Part shown: positions 43,824 through 54,698 of the stretch, in pieces
Position numbering within the stretch: position 1 is the first letter of the stretch
Layout: each line of letters begins with the position of its first letter
Source: a virus
IMG/VR virus record: IMGVR_UViG_3300044568_003939
Strand: one strand, 5' to 3'
DNA: 64,000 nucleotides
Program-made: the position numbers and the translations under genes
The notes under the pieces: model-generated
Seen by the model: the letters and a program-made list of their open reading frames with translations, nothing else
Databases searched by the model: none
Told to the model about the DNA's origin: nothing

Positions 43824-45224
43824 ATGGCTAATAGTTTAAATTCGCCGGTGTCAAGAAATACTCCCAAGGGAATTGGCGCGGATGGTAATGTTGCTCTTAT
43901 ACCATCTGCATATACTGTCAAGTCGTTAAGCATACAAAATTCCAAAGGGGAAGTGCGTGACATACAAACTATAATTACTGCCTTTACCATCACAGAAGAA
44001 TTGTTTTCTCCAGTGGTAGTTTTTAATGCACGCATAAGAGATACAATCAATTTCTTTGAAGATTTTGCAATTAGTGGGCAGGAAATTATAAATGTAAAAT
44101 TGCAAAAAGTTGATGTTGCTCAACAAAAACGAGATCCTGCAAATACATCACAACGCGATGTTGAAATCAATTTTATTGTAAAGGAATATCCAAATTATGA
44201 AAAGACTGTTACCAATATAGGTACACAAGAATACAATTTGATTGCTGTTAGCGACTATGGATACCTAAGCATGCTTAAACGAATTAGCAGAAGCGTCAAA
44301 GGTAACGTAGCAGAAAATATACGAAAGATTTTTGAAAATGATTTGAATGTAACTAAAGTAATTGTGCGCGGCTCATGCAGTACAGCATTTGATGGCATAC
44401 TAACAATTCAAAGCCCACTTAAAGCGGTTGAATGGTTGCGTAAAAAAGCATATGATGTTAATGGTGCGCCATTCTTTGTGTATGTTACCATATCAAGTGG
44501 AGTTGTGTTGATCAGTTCGCTAACAACGCTACTCAAAGGACCATTATATTCAACATACCGCTATCATCAGTTTTTAAAAAATACTGCAGCAACACCAGAG
44601 TCATATGCTGAATCAATGAGTAGAGTGCTCAACATGAAAAGCAATATCAAGTTGGACAAGCTCAAGCAGGCTACTGAAGGTGGATTTGCAAATCGTACCG
44701 ATGTCACCGATTATGCTAAGAAAAGTTTTATTAGTAAGATATTTGATTATAGCAAAGATGATACAGTTGCAAAAAATAGATTGCTTGCGAATACTACATA
44801 TGGGCAAGCCATGAATTTTTTTTCAAAAGGAAAGACTAGCCCAGGCGCAAACTTAACAGGTAGCCCAGATGCTAGTCGCAGTTTGTTGTCAGTAAACACC
44901 GATGCAAACAGTAATGGCGCTCCCAATTCAAGTGGACCGCTGGCAGAGAATATTGGGCGTGCCAAATCATACTTAGCAAATCTTGAAAGTATGAATCATG
45001 AAATTGAAGTGTATGGCGACTTTCGACTTAATCCTGGGCGTAAAATTAAAATAGAAGTTCCTAAGAGTAGTGATCCTACGGAATACAATACAAATATCAA
45101 CAAGTCCAATACTGAAGAATTGGATCTGTCTCTTAGTGGCGAATATTTGGTAGCGGTAGCCGTTCATTCATTTAAAGAAGGCGTATATACTTCACGTTTA
45201 AAAATAATTAAAGATAGTGCATAA
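43824..45224 (+). CDS. Baseplate hub-like protein (gp27 analog)
   Basis: Synteny before gp5; YGDF.L.PG and LSGEYLV motifs. Confidence 0.65.
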   Translation: MANSLNSPVSRNTPKGIGADGNVALIPSAYTVKSLSIQNSKGEVRDIQTIITAFTITEELFSPVVVFNARIRDTINFFEDFAISGQEIINVKLQKVDVAQQKRDPANTSQRDVEINFIVKEYPNYEKTVTNIGTQEYNLIAVSDYGYLSMLKRISRSVKGNVAENIRKIFENDLNVTKVIVRGSCSTAFDGILTIQSPLKAVEWLRKKAYDVNGAPFFVYVTISSGVVLISSLTTLLKGPLYSTYRYHQFLKNTAATPESYAESMSRVLNMKSNIKLDKLKQATEGGFANRTDVTDYAKKSFISKIFDYSKDDTVAKNRLLANTTYGQAMNFFSKGKTSPGANLTGSPDASRSLLSVNTDANSNGAPNSSGPLAENIGRAKSYLANLESMNHEIEVYGDFRLNPGRKIKIEVPKSSDPTEYNTNINKSNTEELDLSLSGEYLVAVAVHSFKEGVYTSRLKIIKDSA

Positions 45225-46228
45225 TGAATATTAGCAATTGGTTTACTGCTGTAGTTGAAGATGTAAGCGATCCTTTACAGCAAGGTCGTGTGCGAGTGCG
45301 ATGCCTTGGGTATCATACTGATGACACATCCGAATTGCCTAAAGAAGATCTTCCATGGGCTACATGCATTATGCCAGTAACAAGTCCATGCGTAAGCGGC
45401 GTTGGGCAAAGTGCTACTGGTCTTGTCCCAGGGTCATGGGTATTTGGTTTCTTTAGAGATGGATTAGAATTGCAGGATCCAGTTGTAACTGGCAGTATAC
45501 CAAGTGCTGTTGGTTATGATAATGGCTTAGGTACGGTTGGGCAAGGGTTTGGTGACCCGCATGGAGTATTTCCATATAGAGCTGGCAGTGATACTCCAAG
45601 CGGTGCAGGAATATATTCTGGAACTAGTGCTGGCTATGCAACTCAAGCTAGCGGCGCGCAAAATTTTGGAGGATGTGCAGTAGGCACTGGTAGCCCATGC
45701 TCAACACTTGAAAATCCACAAACTCCTATTGTAGTAAACAGTGCAGCTAAAACAAAAATTATTCAAGCCGCTCAAAGTAAAGTAGGCAACACATACGAGG
45801 TTAGTCAAAATCAAGGACCTGGGATAGCTGAGATGTGGAAAGCTACAGATTATTCTGATGGCTACAATGCACGAGCTCCATGGTGCGCAGCATTTGTTAG
45901 TTGGTGTGTGCAACAGAGTGGTGTATTTAGTGAAGCAGATCGCCCAAAAAGCGCGGCTGCATTTAAAGGTGGTGGCTATGAAGCATGGGCACGCAGCAAA
46001 AGCAATGCTGTTAGATTGACAACAAATCCATCTAAGGTGTATGCTGGTGATCTTGTTATATTTTCATTTAGTCATATTGGTATAGCTACAAGTGATAGCG
46101 ATGCTAACGGTAAATTTAATACCATTGAAGGAAATACAAATGCTGCTGGCAGTCGTGAAGGAAATGGTTGTTATGCAAAGACGCGTAGTTTATCTGTTGT
46201 TCGTAGTACTTGTACCATAATTGCTTAA
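45224..46228 (+). CDS. 5: gp5 N-terminal OB domain plus CHAP-like peptidoglycan hydrolase
   Basis: DPLQQGRVRVR...LPWA...WVFGFF.DG; PWCAAFVSW, HIGI and TIEGN motifs. Confidence 0.85.
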   Translation: MNISNWFTAVVEDVSDPLQQGRVRVRCLGYHTDDTSELPKEDLPWATCIMPVTSPCVSGVGQSATGLVPGSWVFGFFRDGLELQDPVVTGSIPSAVGYDNGLGTVGQGFGDPHGVFPYRAGSDTPSGAGIYSGTSAGYATQASGAQNFGGCAVGTGSPCSTLENPQTPIVVNSAAKTKIIQAAQSKVGNTYEVSQNQGPGIAEMWKATDYSDGYNARAPWCAAFVSWCVQQSGVFSEADRPKSAAAFKGGGYEAWARSKSNAVRLTTNPSKVYAGDLVIFSFSHIGIATSDSDANGKFNTIEGNTNAAGSREGNGCYAKTRSLSVVRSTCTIIA

Positions 46229-46239
46229 TAAATACAATT

Positions 46240-47022
46240 ATGGCAAACAATGAAACATGGAGTGCATCTTTACCAACCGATGGTGCTGTATATCCATTCA
46301 ATAACGTTACTCAAACACGCAGTGGCCACGTTTTTGAAGTTGATGATACTCTTGGTCACGAGCGTTTGCTAAGACAACATAAGAGTGGTACACGTGAAGA
46401 GATTAACCCCACTGGTGATCGTACCATTACTGTATATGGCAATGGTTATAAAGTTGTTCATGGTGAAGACAACATTACGGTTGAAGGAAATGTTAATATA
46501 ACAGTGCTTGGCAATTGCAATACTGTCGTGAATGGAAATTATAATGTTGAAATCAATGGAGACTATAATGAAACTGTAAAAGGAACACGCCGTACTAAAG
46601 TTGGTGGTCAATATGTAATGGAAATATCTGATGAATATGCAATGAACATTGGTGCTGGCGCCAAAGTAACGGTGCATGATGACTATTCATTGCATGCAAG
46701 CGGCAAATATACTCTTTATGTTGGTGGAGAAAGTAAGACTGATGTGTATAGCACCAATACAAGTACGGTTCACGGTATGAACTTAACAACTGTTCTTGGC
46801 GAAAATAAAACAGTATCAACTGGCAAAAGTATAACTGTTGCGGCAACCATTGAAATTGCATCAAGCGGTACAACAAGTATCAATGCAAAAGGAATAAGTG
46901 TAACATCAACTGCTGGCGCGAAATACTCTTCAGAAAGCACTACAAGTATCAGAGGAAAAGGTATTAATGTTGTAAGCATCCGTGATGTGGTAATCATAGG
47001 TAATAAAATTAAACTAAACTAA
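46240..47022 (+). CDS. gp5 C-terminal beta-helix needle (separate gene)
   Basis: YPFN.V..TRSGH..E.DDT...ER...H.SGT followed by VxG repeats. Confidence 0.85.
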   Translation: MANNETWSASLPTDGAVYPFNNVTQTRSGHVFEVDDTLGHERLLRQHKSGTREEINPTGDRTITVYGNGYKVVHGEDNITVEGNVNITVLGNCNTVVNGNYNVEINGDYNETVKGTRRTKVGGQYVMEISDEYAMNIGAGAKVTVHDDYSLHASGKYTLYVGGESKTDVYSTNTSTVHGMNLTTVLGENKTVSTGKSITVAATIEIASSGTTSINAKGISVTSTAGAKYSSESTTSIRGKGINVVSIRDVVIIGNKIKLN

Positions 47023-47023
47023 T

Positions 47024-49000
47024 ATGCCATCATCCAATGCAAATCTTTCGGCTTTAACCACAAGCGCTGGAGCTTTAACTCCTTTTCCTTTTAATGCATC
47101 CACAACGGCATATACAGTTTATATGCCATACACAGCATATGAAACTCCTACACGAACAGTAACACCAACCGTAGCGGATACTGGATTAGCTACAGTTAAA
47201 GTTAATGGTGTTAGCGTAACTTCAGGATCAGCTAGTGCGGCAACTTTTATAAATGTAGGCAGTAATGTTTTTACAATAGTTGTTACCGCAGAAGATGCAA
47301 CTACAAAAACATATACCGTTAATGTTATACGGGCTGCAGCGTCAACGGTCAGTTCATTATCAGCAATCGGTTTATCAGCTGGACAATTATCTCCAGCCTT
47401 TTCTGCTGAAAACAATTCATACAGCGTTGATGTATCAACCGAAACTACTACATTGGCTATCACTCCAACTAGCACGTCTGCCAATTCAAAGATTGATGTA
47501 GAAGGAAGTGATGTAACCTCAGGAGCATCTAGTATAGCATTAAATCTTATTATTGGTACAAACATATTGGTAATTACATGTACTGCTGAAGATGGCGTCA
47601 GCGCATCAACATACACTCTTACCGTTATGCGCGCAGATTTTTCTGATAGCATTTCAACTTTTGAATCAAAATCAAATGCGCTTGGGTACGGTGTATCGGA
47701 CGTTTCAATACTTGATACTTTTAATGTAAACGACTTGCAACTTGTTAATCAGGTACAAAGTTTAGCAGATTGTGCTAAGAATTTGCCACATCGCTTGATG
47801 GAAATGGGTATCAAGAAAGCTACAGAATTGGTACTCAATAATCCAACAGCCACTTCTTTACTATTACAACTTGATGCTCTTGCAAAAAAATATGATGCTA
47901 TCAAAAAAATAGCTGATCTAGCAAATCCCAAAAAGACTAAACCCGAAACTCTTATTGAAGCATTGCTTGCATCGCAAGGATTGACTGGAATAGCATTGGT
48001 AAATAAAATTAATGCCATAGTAAACAACTTTTCTGATGTCTCTGGGCTATCAGATATACTCAATAATTTAAACAATCTTGATGTTTGTCAAACCGCTAAC
48101 TATTTACCAGGAGGCGCATCCGTTCCCAACCCTACAAACATACCATTAGCAAATCCTCCACCAGCTGTAGGAGGTGTCATATCTCCAGTAGCAAATGCTT
48201 CTTATGATCCTAAACCTAAAGATGAGTATGATGCATTTATCTTCCAATTAAAAGAATATCTTGATAAAGACCCTCAAAGAGTAGCAGCATTAGGTGGCAC
48301 AGATTTGCAAAATTACATACGCATGCTAGCAGTATTAAACACGCTTGCATATTCATATCATGATAATATTAGTCGAACAACCGATGATGGTAAAGACCTT
48401 GAATATAAAGCAACATATCTTAAATTGGTATCAGACGAATTGAGTAAACATCCTGAATGGGACGCTGCAACAAAACTTGATTATAAAGGGCGGAGCGCTG
48501 CAATTGAAAATGAAATAACACGCAATACCAATGCAATTCGTTCTTATTACGCGCGTAATTCTGCAGCTACTGGAGAATGGATAACTATGTATATGACAGT
48601 GTATGGATCTGCTGCCATAGATAAGACTACCGCACAGGATCAGATTAAAGCTGATAGTGGAGTTGGTGGATATGAAGGTTTTAGTCAAAGCAAAGGAGCA
48701 TATGGTGCAACTCTGGTGGAAGGAGTTAGTGTGGCATCCAACTATTGGACTGGTAAAACTGTTCTTGAAATACGTTATGCCGAAGATCAAACACCCGTTG
48801 GGAGTGGGCGCGTAACCGTTCATGACACTGGCGGTATGTCAAACAATGTGATTGATTATTATTGCGGCTCCAATCTGTCTCTATACAAATCAATTCAAAA
48901 TAAAGGCATCAATACTGGTGGAAAAACAAAACCATCATATGCTGTACCAATCCAAGTTCGTGTTGTAAGCGGTGCGCCAAAAGCAGGCAAGACGCTTTGA
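47024..49000 (+). CDS. Virion protein with two cadherin-like beta-sandwich domains and a C-terminal 3D-like domain
   Basis: VTAED..TKTYTV repeats; VHDTGG....IDYY motif. Confidence 0.7.
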   Translation: MPSSNANLSALTTSAGALTPFPFNASTTAYTVYMPYTAYETPTRTVTPTVADTGLATVKVNGVSVTSGSASAATFINVGSNVFTIVVTAEDATTKTYTVNVIRAAASTVSSLSAIGLSAGQLSPAFSAENNSYSVDVSTETTTLAITPTSTSANSKIDVEGSDVTSGASSIALNLIIGTNILVITCTAEDGVSASTYTLTVMRADFSDSISTFESKSNALGYGVSDVSILDTFNVNDLQLVNQVQSLADCAKNLPHRLMEMGIKKATELVLNNPTATSLLLQLDALAKKYDAIKKIADLANPKKTKPETLIEALLASQGLTGIALVNKINAIVNNFSDVSGLSDILNNLNNLDVCQTANYLPGGASVPNPTNIPLANPPPAVGGVISPVANASYDPKPKDEYDAFIFQLKEYLDKDPQRVAALGGTDLQNYIRMLAVLNTLAYSYHDNISRTTDDGKDLEYKATYLKLVSDELSKHPEWDAATKLDYKGRSAAIENEITRNTNAIRSYYARNSAATGEWITMYMTVYGSAAIDKTTAQDQIKADSGVGGYEGFSQSKGAYGATLVEGVSVASNYWTGKTVLEIRYAEDQTPVGSGRVTVHDTGGMSNNVIDYYCGSNLSLYKSIQNKGINTGGKTKPSYAVPIQVRVVSGAPKAGKTL

Positions 49001-49008
49001 TATAAATA
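49001..49008 (+). promoter_or_regulatory. Late promoter TATAAATA
   Basis: Consensus before gp25. Confidence 0.8.
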
Positions 49009-49015
49009 GAATGTA

Positions 49016-49453
49016 ATGAGTAATATCTTATCGGATTACAATTCTTCAACCATCACTTCAAGTAATGTTGCAAAGAAGTACATATATTCCGATTTAGATT
49101 TATCATTTATCGTTCATCCGGTTCTTAAAGATATCAGGCCAATTACAGATATTGATGCTGTAAAGAACAGCATAAAAAATATAGTCCTGACAAGTTTTTA
49201 TGATCATCCGTTTCATCCTGAAATTGGAAGTGGTGTTCGCGCTTTACTGTTTGAGCCAGCTAGTATTTTTACTGCTCTTTCGTTAAAGGATGAAATCTTG
49301 CGATGCCTTGGTCAGTTTGAACCAAGAATAAACAATGTGACCGTTCAAATATATGATGATAGCGACAACAATGCATACCGCATAACCATAGGATTTGTTG
49401 TACTATACGATCAAGAAGAAGAAGTTCAATTTTATTTAACCCGTTTAAGATAA
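49016..49453 (+). CDS. 25: Baseplate wedge gp25
   Basis: YSDLDLSF, AVKNSIKN, PFHPEIGS and FEPR motifs. Confidence 0.92.
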   Translation: MSNILSDYNSSTITSSNVAKKYIYSDLDLSFIVHPVLKDIRPITDIDAVKNSIKNIVLTSFYDHPFHPEIGSGVRALLFEPASIFTALSLKDEILRCLGQFEPRINNVTVQIYDDSDNNAYRITIGFVVLYDQEEEVQFYLTRLR

Positions 49454-49460
49454 TCAATAT

Positions 49461-51323
49461 ATGTCAATTTCTAGACAAACACTAAATGTAACCGAATTGG
49501 ATTTTGATGCAATCAAACAAAATCTAATTGATTATTTTACAACAAGCGATTCACCATTTAGTGATTGGAATTATGCTGGCAGCGGATTAAACCAACTGCT
49601 AGATGTATTAGCATACAACACACACTATAATGCAATTTTGGCGCATATGGCACTAAATGAAACATTTATTGACAGCGCCCAATTGCGCAGCAGTGTAGTT
49701 TCAAATGCAAAACTTGTTGGCTATATTCCTCGCAGTAAAGCTAGTGCTTCTGCTTCAATAAATGTTTCATTTGTTGGTGACGGGCGATCAGCCATTACTT
49801 TACCACGCGGAAGCAATTTTAAAACAAGTATCAATGGAAAAACTTATGTGTTTCTAAACCTCGATGAATTGGTTATAAACAAAGACTCTGGGCAAAATTT
49901 ATATACCGAAACAATTAAAGTTCAACAAGGTAGTATTGAGACTAAACGTTTTCAGGTTAATAATGTATCCGAAAAATTAACATATCAAATTGATGATGAA
50001 AATGTTGATATTAGTACACTTATTGTTAGAGTATACAACAGCAGCAGCCAACAAACTGCTGACATCTATACTCCTTTTACTGAAGTAAGCATAGGAAGTA
50101 TAAATGGCGATAGCCAAATTTATCTTCTTAACGAAAATGTTTATGGCAAATATCAAATAGAGTTTGGTAATAATATTTTTGGAAAACGCCCTAACAATTT
50201 AAGCATAATTGAATTTGAATATCTAACAACCGCTGGTGTCGATAGCAACGGCGCAAATTCATTTCAGTACATAGGCACCTTGCCGTCTGGTGCAACCAGC
50301 ATACTTCCTATAATTACTGTTAGCTCCGCAGCAGGTGGTAACAGTAAAGAAGATATTGAAAGTATTCGATTCAATGCGCCCAATTCATTTGTCAGTCAAA
50401 ACCGTGCAGTAACAGCGGATGACTACAAAACAATTATTACTGCTAAATTTCCATCAACCCAAAGTATAGCTGTATGGGGCGGTGAAGATAATGACCCTCC
50501 TCAATATGGTAAAGCTTTCATTTGTGTAAAACCAAAAGATGCATTGTATTTAACAGCTACACAGAAAGCAGAAATACTCAACATTGTTAAATACAAAAAG
50601 GTATTGAGTATTACTCCTGAGTTTGTAGATCCTGAATATATCAACTTAAGCTTGGACGTGTTGTTCAAATATAACAATACCAAAACAAATCTTTCAAAAG
50701 GTGAGCTTGAAGGAAAAATATACACAGCGGTTAATGGTTTTGGTGTTGCATACCTTGAGTCATTTGATGGTGTATTCCGACATTCATCATTGTTAAAAAC
50801 TATTGATACATATAGTCCTGCAATTTTAAACAGTTTGGTGCGTGTATATGTATCCAAATCTTTTGTGGTGGATCCGCAAAATCAGTCAGCGAATACTATA
50901 TACTATGGCACAGCCTTAACTAATGATGAAGATGGTTATGTTATAATTTCTTCTTCATCTTTTAATATCAATGCAACACAGTGTTATTATGGTGATGAAG
51001 CTATAGCTGGTGACCCAACATATCACAGATTGTACGTTTATTATTTGGGCGCTGCCGGTGAGCGAGTAAAAATAAACAGCGATGTTGGTCGTATCAACCT
51101 TGTTACTGGAAAAGTTGAATTGGCTGAATTGTATGTTGATGGCGGAGAGCCATTAACAATCACACTAAACTTATTGCCTGCAAGCAACGATATTGCTCCT
51201 AAGAAAAACCAACTTATAAGAATTGATATGAATTTGGTAAATGTTAGCGGAGAAGTTGACAGCATTGCAATTGGTGGAAGCAGTCGCTCAGTTGACTACA
51301 ACACATTTAAACGAGATCGCTAA
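49461..51323 (+). CDS. 6: Baseplate wedge gp6
   Basis: LDFDAIK, LLDVLAYNTHY, QNRAVTADDY and WGGED.DPPQYG motifs. Confidence 0.93.
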   Translation: MSISRQTLNVTELDFDAIKQNLIDYFTTSDSPFSDWNYAGSGLNQLLDVLAYNTHYNAILAHMALNETFIDSAQLRSSVVSNAKLVGYIPRSKASASASINVSFVGDGRSAITLPRGSNFKTSINGKTYVFLNLDELVINKDSGQNLYTETIKVQQGSIETKRFQVNNVSEKLTYQIDDENVDISTLIVRVYNSSSQQTADIYTPFTEVSIGSINGDSQIYLLNENVYGKYQIEFGNNIFGKRPNNLSIIEFEYLTTAGVDSNGANSFQYIGTLPSGATSILPIITVSSAAGGNSKEDIESIRFNAPNSFVSQNRAVTADDYKTIITAKFPSTQSIAVWGGEDNDPPQYGKAFICVKPKDALYLTATQKAEILNIVKYKKVLSITPEFVDPEYINLSLDVLFKYNNTKTNLSKGELEGKIYTAVNGFGVAYLESFDGVFRHSSLLKTIDTYSPAILNSLVRVYVSKSFVVDPQNQSANTIYYGTALTNDEDGYVIISSSSFNINATQCYYGDEAIAGDPTYHRLYVYYLGAAGERVKINSDVGRINLVTGKVELAELYVDGGEPLTITLNLLPASNDIAPKKNQLIRIDMNLVNVSGEVDSIAIGGSSRSVDYNTFKRDR

Positions 51324-51328
51324 ATCTT

Positions 51329-53284
51329 ATGTTATTAAGTATTGCAGACGGCCGCCCACGAAATCTTGAAAGTGTACGTACACAATCATTGTTTCCTGAC
51401 AATATACAATCTGGTGCAGCAAATATCATTGCATTTATTCAAGAGTATTATAACTACATCAATACTCATGGATTGCCTTCGGCTGAAATCGGCAGCATAA
51501 TTACAGATAAAGATATTGATGTTGTAAGCAATAACTATCTTGATAGCATAGGCAATCTTATTGCAAACAATATACCCAACAGTACTTCTTTAGATAAAGT
51601 CTCATTGTATAAAATTATTGTAAAGTATTACAATACGCGCGGTAGTGAAGATAGTATAACTGCATTCTTTAAGATATTCTTAAATGAAACCGTTTCAATC
51701 TTTTATCCTAAAGAATACCTGTTTACACCTTCAAGCGGTAAGATCAATTGGGATCCATATGATGTGCCACCATTAGAATTGACGGCGGCTCCAGTCAATG
51801 GAGTAGCTGACACCATTACTATCAATAACAGTGGCTTTGAAAATCTAATAATTGCCGACAGTAACGATTCGCTATTAACATTAAATGATACCACAGTAAT
51901 AACATTAGACCCAGTCCTTACTAGTGAAGGTGTTGTTATAAACTTTCCAACACTAACGTATGCTGGGTTTTATAATGGACGACTTGCATACACCAGTACT
52001 GGCACACTAACGAATTTATTACAGCAACCGTACGCGTTATATTATGATGAGCAATACGCGGCATGGATATTGCGTGGAGGTGTTGGTGCAACCGCTGGCT
52101 ATTGGTATAGCACGCAAATCACTGGTGCCAATCTACTAGCGCCTCCCACAAATCAAGGAGCTGTTTGGGCTCCCAAGTTATCGTCAACAGTAGGTGTTCC
52201 ATTTTTAAATTTTGTTGATGGAGATGCTGCAGCTACACAACCAACAAATGGCAATCTTTATGCACGAACAGGAACCTTTCCAAATCGCACTGTTTACAAA
52301 TGTGTTGATGACGGCAGTTTACCTGGGCATAGTATAATTTGGCAATTGCAAAGCGGTCCAGAATATGTATATGAAGATCATAAAGGATTTGCTTCAGACT
52401 CTTATAAGATTCAGGATAGCAACTATTGGCAAAACTATTCATATGACATACAATCCAACAGCGATGCAACTGTATGGCGTAATGCATTTTTAAAATTTGT
52501 TCATCCAGCTGGTTTAAAACTATTTACTTCGCTACTATTGGAAATACAAAGTCTTAATGTTTGGGATTCGTTTATTTCATACCAATTGCCAAACCCACAA
52601 GATCGTTATAGTTGGTTGGGCGCTTTAAATCCAACAGATACATATCAACGTCATACACCAAAATACCAACCGGGCTGGTTGTCGATTAGTGATCTTGAAT
52701 ACATCTTTACTGTATTATTCGCTGAAGGCAGTATAGCATTATCGCGTGAAGTAATCATGATCTTTCAACTCATTATGTCTTCGGAATATAGTGAAAGACA
52801 GCTAGTTAGCCAAGAGTATGATCTTAATGGAATAAAGTTTAGAGACCCATCATGTTTGGGCGATGGCTTTTTGGGTAGTGACAGAACAATTTCTTCAATG
52901 ATCAATTCAGGTCTTGCAACAGTTATAGTTTCTTCTGTTATTGGAAGTGGAGCTGCAGGGCCCGTTGCAAGCGTTACCATTCTTAATGCAGGTGTTGGAT
53001 ATATTGTTGGTACTGGTAAAGTTACAACTGGTGGATCTGGAAGTAATTTCGCATTAAACATAACTGCGGTTGATAACAATGGAGGAATTACTTCTATATC
53101 AACACCATTGAATACTTTAGGTTTTAATTATAAAGTTGGCGACGTTCTTACAATTACCAATGGAGCATTTAATTATCTACATTCTTATGCTTATAAGATG
53201 TTGAATGTATCTTCCATTGTAAGAAGCGGCTCTGGTAGTGCAACCACACAAACTGAGTTAATAGCCAACTATCCACTCGTATAA
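51329..53284 (+). CDS. Baseplate wedge gp7-like protein
   Basis: YNTRGSEDS..AFF, IQDSNYWQNYSY and VHPAGLKLF motifs; synteny. Confidence 0.75.
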   Translation: MLLSIADGRPRNLESVRTQSLFPDNIQSGAANIIAFIQEYYNYINTHGLPSAEIGSIITDKDIDVVSNNYLDSIGNLIANNIPNSTSLDKVSLYKIIVKYYNTRGSEDSITAFFKIFLNETVSIFYPKEYLFTPSSGKINWDPYDVPPLELTAAPVNGVADTITINNSGFENLIIADSNDSLLTLNDTTVITLDPVLTSEGVVINFPTLTYAGFYNGRLAYTSTGTLTNLLQQPYALYYDEQYAAWILRGGVGATAGYWYSTQITGANLLAPPTNQGAVWAPKLSSTVGVPFLNFVDGDAAATQPTNGNLYARTGTFPNRTVYKCVDDGSLPGHSIIWQLQSGPEYVYEDHKGFASDSYKIQDSNYWQNYSYDIQSNSDATVWRNAFLKFVHPAGLKLFTSLLLEIQSLNVWDSFISYQLPNPQDRYSWLGALNPTDTYQRHTPKYQPGWLSISDLEYIFTVLFAEGSIALSREVIMIFQLIMSSEYSERQLVSQEYDLNGIKFRDPSCLGDGFLGSDRTISSMINSGLATVIVSSVIGSGAAGPVASVTILNAGVGYIVGTGKVTTGGSGSNFALNITAVDNNGGITSISTPLNTLGFNYKVGDVLTITNGAFNYLHSYAYKMLNVSSIVRSGSGSATTQTELIANYPLV

Positions 53285-53287
53285 ATA
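53280..53287 (+). promoter_or_regulatory. Late promoter TATAAATA
   Basis: Consensus before gp8. Confidence 0.75.
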
Positions 53288-53306
53288 GATTCAAATAATA
53301 TAAAAT

Positions 53307-54698
53307 ATGTCAGCAATTATTACAGACAACTTTCGCAGAAATAGTGCAAAATTATTTTTAAACGATATAGCCGGAGTCACCAATAACTATTACTTGGGAA
53401 TTGGCAAATCTGACAAATGGCCTAATGCAGGTGCTGTAACAGAAGATGCTTCTGGTTATAACGTTGCTGCTCCAGTTGGATCATTTAGCGATGCGTTAGA
53501 AGTGTTGAATAATGTTGCCACATTTAGCAAACTTGGAGCTAGCAATACAACACTAGTAATTCCAAACGTACCATATGCTAGCGGTAACAGATATAAAGCA
53601 TATAATAGTTATGACAGCGGTTGCTTTTATGCAACTGGAAACCTGTTGCCATGTTATGCAACAACGCCAACTGGTATGTATCTTTGCTTAGCTAACAATT
53701 CCGGAGGTCTTACCGCCAGCCCACCATCCGATACATCTACATATGCTCCAGCCCAAGGTGGTGATAATTATGTTTGGATTTTGGTGCAACCTGTAAGTCA
53801 GCTTGGAACGGCATTCATAACTGATCAATTTATTGAGGTAAGTCAGACGCCATTGACTAGTACTCCGTTGGCAAACAGTACAGCTTACGGCGGACTATGC
53901 AGCCCAGTGTTTCACGTGGTGAATGGCGGATCTGGATATACTGGAACGGCTCCAGTAGTAACATTACGAGGAAGCGATGCCGTCGGAACCACAACATATA
54001 CTCAAACGTTGACAGCTACAGTTGTAGGCGGAGTTATTACTGGAGTTATACACAGCCTCACTTTAGCTAACTGGCCAAAAGGATTGCAGGTTGCATCTGT
54101 AGAAGTTACTCATGCTACAGGCACTGGCGCAATTGTTGTTCCGGTCATTGCACCACGTTTAGGATATGGTCATATCCCAGCTGCTGTTATGCCATCTTGG
54201 TATGCTGGTGTATCTGTTGATTTGCCTGATGGTATCAGCTCAGATAACTTTTATACTCCATATCGTCAAGTTTCGATTGTTCGCAATCCGAACACAACGG
54301 CTACAACTGCAAATGCATTGCGATCACTTACTTTACCAACTGGTCATAGTGTTCCTTCTATTACTGACGCTAATGCTTTGATAACTGATGCCAGTGGAGT
54401 ACCATTTGCAGTTGCTGATGCAGTTGTTGGAAATACTTTATATTTCCACCAAAATTACACTTCAGGCTTTAAAGAACTAGCTGCAAGCACTACTTTCCGT
54501 TTATCAACCACAGGATCTACCAATTATACATACACCGCGGTTAATGCTTCAGAATGTACATCAAACTTTAATGGCATTACTGGTGGAGATGGTATATTTG
54601 CACGTACCGTTGGAGAAGTTGTATTTGTTGAGAATCGCAAAAAAATTACACGTAGTGCTGGTCAAACTGAAAAAATCAAAATAATCATTCAATTCTAA
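53307..54698 (+). CDS. 8: Baseplate wedge gp8
   Basis: MSAIITDNFR, YRQVSIVRNP and ENRKKITR..QTEKIKIIIQF motifs. Confidence 0.85.
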   Translation: MSAIITDNFRRNSAKLFLNDIAGVTNNYYLGIGKSDKWPNAGAVTEDASGYNVAAPVGSFSDALEVLNNVATFSKLGASNTTLVIPNVPYASGNRYKAYNSYDSGCFYATGNLLPCYATTPTGMYLCLANNSGGLTASPPSDTSTYAPAQGGDNYVWILVQPVSQLGTAFITDQFIEVSQTPLTSTPLANSTAYGGLCSPVFHVVNGGSGYTGTAPVVTLRGSDAVGTTTYTQTLTATVVGGVITGVIHSLTLANWPKGLQVASVEVTHATGTGAIVVPVIAPRLGYGHIPAAVMPSWYAGVSVDLPDGISSDNFYTPYRQVSIVRNPNTTATTANALRSLTLPTGHSVPSITDANALITDASGVPFAVADAVVGNTLYFHQNYTSGFKELAASTTFRLSTTGSTNYTYTAVNASECTSNFNGITGGDGIFARTVGEVVFVENRKKITRSAGQTEKIKIIIQF

